The position numbers and the translations under genes are program-made. From an uncultured Gemmatimonadales bacterium (GTDB lineage: Bacteria; Gemmatimonadota; Gemmatimonadetes; Gemmatimonadales; GWC2-71-9): a stretch of DNA of 64,000 bases. Below are positions 56,621 through 64,000 of the stretch, in pieces. Each line of letters opens with the position of its first letter. The stretch's first letter is position 1. The stretch lies in the NCBI GenBank assembly GCA_963844035.1, contig CAWJMT010000001.1:1-64000 (forward strand), written 5' to 3'. Under the pieces are notes generated by a model. That model had not been told where the DNA came from. It did no database searches and saw only the letters and a list, made by a program, of their open reading frames with translations.

Positions 56621-59177
56621 TCATCGGCGGCGGTGGCGACGGGCGCCCTGGACGAGGCGCTTCCTTTCCCCCTGAGACAACCCGCTCAGCTGGCGCTGGA
56701 GGTCCTCGAGGGTCTCGGCACGTATCGCCTCCCGCTTGCCCCGCAGCACCGTAAAGCGCAACGGCCGGTCGAACGCTGGGAGGTCACGGCTGCGCAGGCG
56801 GCGCGCCTGCCCCTCCTTGAGCCGTAGGCGGACCACTCCCCGCCCTTTTTCCACTTCGTACTCGACCGGAATGCGATCGCCCAGCAGGTGGAGCGACGAC
56901 GCCATCGCCTCGAGCTGGGCGCGCTCGGGGGCCGGGATATCCACCTCCACGTCCAGCGCGAAGCGCGCGTTGATGAACGCGTCCCAGGAGCCCACATGGC
57001 GGATTTGCTCGGCGAGCTTGGCGGCGAGCCCCTCGGGCGCCGCGGCGGCCAGCTGCCCGCCCGAGCGGCGCCAGTAGAACCCGTAGCGCTCGAGGGCGCG
57101 GCGTACGCGCCCCTGGTCGGGGTGCGGGGTGGTACCGGCGAGCAGCGCCTCGACCAAAGCCGCCCGGGCCGCCGAGGCGAGATCCGCCGGAAACGGGTCC
57201 GGCAACGGTTCCGCGTCGCGCTCGAGCAAAAAGCCGAAGTAGCTGAGGCGCCGCACCGCGACCAGACCGCTCCGCCGGCGGAGGCGCTCGAACGCGACTT
57301 CGGGCGCCCCACGTCGCGCGTACTTCCGGATCGCACGTTCGGGCACCTGCGTCCCCTCGATGCTGCCGCGCGGATTGCCGAACCGGTCGGCGAAGTAGCG
57401 CAGATTCCCGGCGACCGCGCCCCAGCTCCCACAGACCGAGCCTTTGCTGACCCGGGCTTCACGACCATCGGCCGTTTCCTCGTCGATCACGAGATCGAAG
57501 GGCATCACGCGGGCGAGGAGATCGGCAAACGCCGCGCGAACCCGCTCGTCGGCGTACGGCAGCTTCTCGGGCAGGGGCAGCTCCAGCTGCCGGTAGACCG
57601 ACGCCATGCCCAGCGCCACGTCCTCGATCACTTTCACCAGGACGCCGCGCGCCTCCGCCCACGCATCGATGGTGTCCCGGAACAGGTGGCGCGGCAGGCC
57701 GTAGACCTCCCCCAGATAGCCGTGTTTGTTGACAGCCTCTGCGTGGACGTTGTAGGCCGTGAGGTGATCACTGCCCGCGACAATCAGCCCTGCAAGGTCG
57801 CGCTCTTCCCGGGTCATGCGATGCAGCGAATCCACGTTGGCGGCAACGGCGACTACCGGGAGGAGCGACGCCTCGGCGTGATACAGCATTTCCCCCCACG
57901 GCCGCTCGACCGGCATGGCCTCAACGTCGCGTCCGTAGCGGGTGAGGCGCCCGTTCTCGATCAGGCCGCGGTCGCTGAGGAGCTGGACCGCTTCCCGATA
58001 CGCGCGCCGGTCGAGCGGGACGGGAAGATCGAGCGCCTGCGCATCCACCCCGATCGCGGCGCAGGTGATCGCCACGCGTTCGGCGTCGCCCGCAAGCTGA
58101 AATTCGGGAGGGGTCGGCTGGAGCTGCTGAAAATACCAGATCGCGATCGCTGAGGATGTGCACTTGCCCCGCTGCGACCCGGCCGTGCACCCGGCCCGCC
58201 ATCTGCAACAGCTCATTGGCGCCGAGATACAGCCGGGTGAGCACATTGCGCCCCCGCTCCACCACGTTCGTGTACCGGGCATCGTAGATCACGACCGTAT
58301 CCAGGCCATGGATGTTCAGCGCTGACTGGCCGGCGGCGGTCATGGCAAGCAGGAACGGGCGTCGCGTCGTGCCGTCGAGAAAGGGCCGGATCACCCGGAT
58401 CGGCTCCCCCCCGTGGTAGAAGGCGGTCGCGAGCGAGGGCCACCGGCTCCCGAGCTCACGCGCGATTTGCTCCACCTCCGCGCGGGTGGGAACGAACACC
58501 GCCACACCGCGGCGCTCCGCAATCATGCGCTTCACGAAGCGCTCATTCAGGAACTCGAGGGGCCGCTGCGCAACGACCTGCACGTCCGCCGCCTTCGCGG
58601 GATCGAACGCCTTGGTTTCCAGGACTTCGGCCGAATCGAGGTAGCGGGCGTAGAACGCCGGATCGACGGTGGCGGAGAGCCAGATGAAGCGACACCCGAC
58701 CCGCTTTCCGAGGGCCAGGCACAGCTCGAGCTCGGCGGAGGTTTGATGGATCTCGTCCACGACGAGGCTGTCGCGCGTGGTGATCAGGCCATCCTCGAAC
58801 CAGCGCCGCGCAATGCCGGTCGTAATGATGACAACATTCCACGTCGGGGTCTCGGGAGTCGCTTCGCGCTCGCGATTCACCACGCCCACCTTCAGCGGGG
58901 CGCGAAGGATCGTCTCGGCCATGACGCGGACGGCCAGGGTCTTCCCCGTTCCGGTCCCGGCGACGATCCCGAAACCGCGCCCGGACCCCGCGAGCCGCCG
59001 AATGTCGCCGCCGTGTTCACGCTCGAGCAGGGTCTCGATCCGGAGCCCCATCGCCAGCTCGATTGTCTCGCACGCGGCACGCGTGGGCGCAATGACGATC
59101 ACCCGACCGGTAGGGGGCTCGGCCGCGAGGAACGCCTGGGGATCGGGAGGGAGAAAATGATCGCGAATTACGTGCAC
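56621..59177 (-). CDS. DExH-box helicase, HrpA/HrpB-like (frameshift ~58120)
   Basis: GTGTGKT, VVDEIH, LSAT, FVPTR, QMAGRVHGR, GRLTRYGR (HA2-like). Confidence 0.8.
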
Positions 59178-59254
59178 GGCAGAATAGAAGAGGGCCGCGC
59201 GGGAAAACGCAAACGCGGCCCGGTGAGCGGTGCTTCAGACGACCGATGGAGGAG

Positions 59255-59491
59255 TCAGCCCGGGGGCCGCGCCTGCGCGATGAGCTTCAACACTTCGCCG
59301 GGCTCGGCATGCCGCCCCAGCGCCTGCTTGGAAAACAGCTTCTTCCCGTCTACCTCGACGTCGAACACGCCCCCCGCCCCCTGGATGAGCCGCGCCTCGG
59401 CCTGTGGGTAGGCCTTGCGGATCTCGGCCGCCAGCGCGGCGGCTCGGGGTTCGTAGTTGCAAACGAGGCAGTACTCGATCATTACGCGCAT
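59255..59491 (-). CDS. Rdx (SelT/SelW/SelH) family protein, Cys form
   Basis: [31 protein letters not shown]. Confidence 0.88.
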   Translation of the reverse strand: MRVMIEYCLVCNYEPRAAALAAEIRKAYPQAEARLIQGAGGVFDVEVDGKKLFSKQALGRHAEPGEVLKLIAQARPPG

Positions 59492-59570
59492 AGAATGTGT
59501 GCGGAAAATACTCGCGCTTGACACCCCGCGCCACACGCCCGAGCTTGCGCGTCATCCGCACCCGACCGGC

Positions 59571-61688
59571 ATGAGTCCTCTTCTCCGCCTGCGCCTCGAC
59601 CGGGCAGCCATCGTGCAGACGCTCGTCGCGCTGGGCGCCATCGCGGCCATCGTCGCCGCAGTGGTTGCGCTCGCCACGGGCCGCGGCGTCTTGGCCCCCG
59701 GCATGGAAGTGCTGGCCCTGGTCGGCGTCGGCGCACTCGTCCGCCGCTACGGCATCGGCCTCCCGGGCCACGGGTTCGCGTCCTACTTGCCGGGCGTAGC
59801 GGCGTACGCGGTTCTCGATCGTGGCTGGCACCTCGCGGTCATCGCCGCACCACTCGCGATGGTCGTCGGAGACGTGGTGCTGCGACGCCTGCCCCTTCAA
59901 GCTGCCCTCGGGGGCGCCGCGCACGTAGCCGCCGGAACCGCGATCGCCGGCCTCCTCTACCGCTGGCTCGGCGGGACGACGGGGAGTGACGCGTTGTCGG
60001 CGGCGAATCTCGGACACCTCGTTGCGTTCCTGGCGGCGCTCCCCCTGCTCGTGAACGGCACGTTCTATCTCGAGCTCGGTTTGCGGCGGGCGGTCGTGCG
60101 CGCGCACGCGGCCCTCACGGCACGTTGGGAGACCGCCGTGTGCGCGGTCGCGGGCGCGCTGGCCACGGGATGGGTCGCGCTCACACATGCGTCCGTGGGG
60201 CCGGGCATCGCCACGACGCTCGGCGCGCTGCTCACCGCCGCCACGGCGGCGTCGTTGTACGTGCTGCGGCGCGCGGTGCGTGCAGACGAGCTCTATCTGG
60301 TTCAAGAGCTGTCGCAGGCCGTCACCGGCGGTATCAGCCTCACCCGCAGTGTGAGCCGCATCCACCAGCTCACGCGCCGGCTGGTTCCGTGGGAGCAGAT
60401 GGGATTCGCTCGCTATGACCCTCGCACGAACGAGATGGAGACCCTGTCCGACACGGCCGCCACCGGAGACCGCGCAGGCCGTCGGATCGATGCTGGGGTG
60501 GGGCTGATCGGTGAAGCGATAAGCTCGGGACAGCCGCTGGTGGCCGAAGTGAGGCCGAATGATCCGCTCCTGGCCTCGAACCACGAAGTGCCCGGATGCG
60601 CGGTGCTGGTGCCGTTGCGGCACGCCGGCCACCTGGTGGGGCTTTGGAGCGTGCGCCATTCCGATCCAACCATGTACCGCGAGTCCGACAGAGACATGCT
60701 CGCCCTCCTGGGGCCACAGCTCGCGCTCATGCTCGCCGTCGAAGGCTCGATCCAGCCGGTCGTCGGTGCGTCGGAGCGGACGACCGCCTACATCAAGACA
60801 CTGACGGCAACCATGCAACAGATCCAAACCTCCAGCCAGGAGGTCACGGCCGCGGCGCAGCGCGCCAGCCACGGAGCTGCCCAGGCGACCCGGCTGGTCG
60901 GTGCCGCCGCCGGTGAATCCACCGCGCTGAAGCAGAGCGCCGCCGAGTTGGCGACCGCGGGCGAAGCCACCCGCAGCGCGGGCGCGCAGATGGAACAGAC
61001 CGCGAGTAAGGTGCGGCTCGAGACTCAGGGGGCCGTACGCCAGCTCACAGGGCTCGGCAGCACCGCCGAGGAAAGTGCCAGCGAGGTGCGCCGGCTGCAG
61101 CAAGTCGCCGAGGAGGTAGAGCGGTTCTCCGAGACCATCGGGTTCATCGCGAACCAGACCAACCTGCTGGCCCTCAACGCAACGATCGAGGCCGCTCGGG
61201 CCGGCGTGCACGGGCGCGGGTTCGCCGTGGTTGCCGACGAGGTGCACAAGCTGGCGGAACAGAGTGGGCGCGAGGCGCGCAACGTGGGGAAATCCGCTCA
61301 GGATACGCGCCGCGCCCTCGACCGCGCGGTCCAGCTGCTCGAGCGGATCCGCGGCGACCTCGCAGACGTCGTGCGCGGGTCCTCCGCCTGGGTGCTGGAC
61401 CTCGACCGCATCGCGGAGGGAGCCTCGGGTACGGCACGGGCGGGCAAGCGGGTGGCGGAGGTCGCGCGTGTCATCGCCGACCTGTCGGGCCGCATCTCTC
61501 AAACCCTCGAGCAAGCCAAGGAGGGCGCCGTCGCATCGACCCGCGAGACCGAACCTGTCGCCGCCGCCGCCGGTCACCAGGTCACGGCGATCGACAATCT
61601 CGCCCGCGGCGCCAATGAGCTCAGCATCCTCGCGGGCCACCTCGCCGAAGCGGTACGCCTGGTGCAGGGGGAGAACGGGCATCAGTAG
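59571..61688 (+). CDS. Methyl-accepting chemotaxis-like protein (multi-TM plus GAF plus MCP signal domain)
   Basis: About 7-8 TM segments, GAF-like [47 protein letters not shown]. Confidence 0.88.
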   Translation: MSPLLRLRLDRAAIVQTLVALGAIAAIVAAVVALATGRGVLAPGMEVLALVGVGALVRRYGIGLPGHGFASYLPGVAAYAVLDRGWHLAVIAAPLAMVVGDVVLRRLPLQAALGGAAHVAAGTAIAGLLYRWLGGTTGSDALSAANLGHLVAFLAALPLLVNGTFYLELGLRRAVVRAHAALTARWETAVCAVAGALATGWVALTHASVGPGIATTLGALLTAATAASLYVLRRAVRADELYLVQELSQAVTGGISLTRSVSRIHQLTRRLVPWEQMGFARYDPRTNEMETLSDTAATGDRAGRRIDAGVGLIGEAISSGQPLVAEVRPNDPLLASNHEVPGCAVLVPLRHAGHLVGLWSVRHSDPTMYRESDRDMLALLGPQLALMLAVEGSIQPVVGASERTTAYIKTLTATMQQIQTSSQEVTAAAQRASHGAAQATRLVGAAAGESTALKQSAAELATAGEATRSAGAQMEQTASKVRLETQGAVRQLTGLGSTAEESASEVRRLQQVAEEVERFSETIGFIANQTNLLALNATIEAARAGVHGRGFAVVADEVHKLAEQSGREARNVGKSAQDTRRALDRAVQLLERIRGDLADVVRGSSAWVLDLDRIAEGASGTARAGKRVAEVARVIADLSGRISQTLEQAKEGAVASTRETEPVAAAAGHQVTAIDNLARGANELSILAGHLAEAVRLVQGENGHQ

Positions 61689-61825
61689 GGTCGCCCCTGC
61701 CGCTTAGGCACGGGTTGGCATGTCGGTGATCAAGCGCACGGACTTCGGGGGCCCCCGGCGGCACTGTGTCGCCCCGGCCGGGGGCACGGGGTTTCTCCCC
61801 TCGCCTCGCGCCCGTTGGAGGATAG

Positions 61826-63401
61826 ATGCGCGCAACCCTCATGGTCGCACTGGCGACGCTCGCTGGAGCCGGGAGTCTTCGGGCACAGCACGGCTCTGCT
61901 TACGAGTTCGGGTTCTTCGGCTCTTATACGCACTACGATCCTGCCTTCGGCTTGCCGGAACGATTTGGGGGTGGCATTCGATTCGGATATCTGTTCGGCG
62001 ACGTCGTGCAAGTTGAAGCTGACGTCGTGTTCCCATCCGAGTATACGGTGGGGAGCAGCAAGGTTGACCCGCTCATCGGCGGCGCCAGCCTCATCGTGAA
62101 TGTGCTCCACAGCCAGCGCAATATCCTCTACGTGTCGGCAGGTTACTCGCGGCTCGAGTTCGGCAACACCAATCCATATGAGTTCTCCGACAACGGAGCG
62201 CATGCCGCCGTGGGCGACCGCATTTTCTTCAGTCGCAACATGGCGCTGCGCCTGGAGGCACGCGGGATCTACACGCCGAACACGCAATCGAACTTCGGCA
62301 AGGAGTCGGTGACGCACTTCGTGGGCACGGTCGGCCTTTCGATCTTCGCGCCCAGCCGTAAGGCTGCTAAGGCGCCGCCGCCTGCGCCCGCACCCGCACC
62401 CGCTGCCGCACCGCTGCCGACGCCACCGCTGCTCATGATGGACTCCGATCAGGACGGCGTCCTGGAGAAGGACGACAGTCTGTCCCAACACGCCGCTCGG
62501 GGCCAAGGTGGACACGCGGGGCTGCTCGCTCGACGCCGATCGCGACGGGGTCCCCGACGGGATCGACCGCTGTCCCGACACGCCCAGCGGCGCGATCGTC
62601 GATGTCACCGGGTGCGCGGGCGATGCGGACCACGACGGCGTGGTGGAAGGCATCGACCGGTGCCCCAACACACCGGCGGGCGCCACGGTCGACGCCACGG
62701 GGTGTTCGGGCGATGCGGACCACGATGGCGTCTCGGATGGACTCGACAAATGCCCCGACACGCCGCCGGGGGCGCTGGTCGATGCAACGGGTTGCTCGAC
62801 GGATTCGGACGCGGACGGCGTGGGCGACGGCACCGATAAGTGCCCCAACACGCCCAAGGGCACGCCGGTGGACGGCGTGGGATGCCCCCACGGGCCTGAC
62901 TCCGACGGGGACGGCGTGTCCGACACCGCCGACAAGTGCCCGGGAACGCCGAAGGGCGTGCCGGTCGATGAGACCGGGTGCATGATCTTGTTCGAGCGGG
63001 CAGCGCCCGCTGTGGTCGTGCCGGGGGCGGCGGCGGTGGTCGCCGCTCGTCCCGCGCCGCGTGCGACCCTTGTCCTGAAGGGAGTGAATTTCCAGAGCGG
63101 CAAGTCGATCCTTACGCCGAGCTCGTACACGGTGCTCGATCAGGTTGCGGCGTCTTTGCGCGCGAATCCTGACATTCGAATCGAGATCGCCGGGTATACC
63201 GACAACACCGGCTCGGCCGCGATCAATGTGCGGTTGTCGCAGGAGCGTGCCGCCGCGGTACGCAGCTATCTCGCGCGCAAGGGTGTGCCCCCGACCCGCA
63301 CCATCGCGCGCGGGTACGGCCCGAGGAACCCGATCGCCGCAAACTCCACTTCGGCGGGTCGCGCGCAGAACCGGCGCGTCGAGCTCCACAAACTCCCGTA
63401 G
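61826..63401 (+). CDS. OmpA family protein: beta-barrel, TSP3-like repeats and OmpA C-terminal domain (frameshift ~62478)
   Basis: Signal peptide; repeated D.D.DGV.D..D.CP.TP.G..VD..GC; GYTD..G....N..LS..RA, NRRVE. Confidence 0.92.
62440..62982 (+). repeat. Coding tandem repeats (~66-bp, 22-aa TSP3-like units)
   Basis: About 8 copies of the DxDxDGVxDxxDxCPxTP unit. Confidence 0.85.
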
Positions 63402-63402
63402 C

Positions 63403-64000
63403 ATGCCTGCGTGGCGCCCTTGGCCCCGCTGCCTGCTCCTCCTGATCGCGGGGGGACTGTGCGGCGCACCCCTCGCCGCGCAGCGTCCCCCAAAGAAGGC
63501 GGCGCCCCCGAAACGGCGCCCCCGCGACGGCGACGCCTCCCGCTCCCCCTCCGATTCCCACGCCACGCTCAGTGCTCGGCTTCGAGCCGGGTGACGATCG
63601 CAAGCTCGCCGACTGGTCGCTCCTGGTGCGCTACTACCAGGCACTCGCGAAGGCGAGCGACCGGGTTGACTACCGCGAGCTGGGCAAGACCACTCTGGGG
63701 GCACCGTTCGTCGCGCTGGTGATCTCGAGCCCTCGAAACCTGCGGCAACTCGACACCTACCGGCGCCTGAACGCCGGGCTCGCCGACCCGCGGACCCTGC
63801 GCACCAGTGCGGACGGGACGCGTGCGTTGCGCGAGGGCAAGGCGGTCGTACTCATCACCTCCGGGATCCATTCCGACGAGGTGGGCGGCCACCTCACTCC
63901 GGCAGTGCTCGCCTACCGCCTCGCGACCGACACGAGCGCGGGGACACGCAGGATCCTCGACGATGTGATTCTCTTCTTGCTCCCGTCGCTCAATCCCGAC
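63403..64000 (+). CDS. M14 zinc carboxypeptidase family protein (partial, frameshifted)
   Basis: Signal peptide; LGFEPGDDRKLADW, ELGKTTLG, ITSGIHSDEVGG, PSLNPD. Confidence 0.8.

Noticed and set aside
62440..62982. CRISPR-like ~66-bp periodicity
   Set aside because: The units are degenerate at third codon positions and encode TSP3-like repeats inside OmpA; there are no unique spacers and no cas genes.
339..64000. Mass pseudogenisation or programmed frameshifting
   Set aside because: Indels are scattered through essential genes and both taxonomic segments without slippery motifs; best explained by long-read errors.

Overview
The window looks chimeric. Positions 1-~2721 are moderate-GC DNA that resembles a methanogenic archaeon (Methanomicrobiales-like, by inference). 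They carry a sodium:solute symporter, its small accessory protein and the N-terminus of an Lhr-like helicase. This segment is joined abruptly, inside a truncated tRNA-Ala(CGC), to ~61 kb of very GC-rich bacterial chromosome that by gene content and style resembles Gemmatimonadota (inference). Many genes are broken by single-base frameshifts, as expected for uncorrected long-read data, so many boundaries are approximate. The bacterial part holds housekeeping genes (rnz, mlaEFD, mutY, nadE, fluC, mntR/mntH/usp, pit/DUF47, pheA, msrA, ispH) and a nuclease-less N6-adenine methyltransferase plus SNF2-like helicase pair. It also has a DNA-damage neighbourhood: SPL-like radical SAM, DUF72, ImuB-like, a small DUF6504-like domain, DnaE2, Fpg/Nei and Lhr. 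Best leads: (1) an identical 20-bp box, CTTCGGGATATATTCGGGTC (TTCG-N7-TTCG direct repeat over the -10), upstream of both the radical SAM repair gene and the imuB-dnaE2 cassette, a candidate undescribed DNA-damage operator; (2) a family of 7-8-mer tandem-repeat hairpins found between genes and inserted in frame inside proteins; (3) the MTase-helicase module; (4) widespread leaderless promoter architecture. No CRISPR array, rRNA, integrase or transposase was seen.
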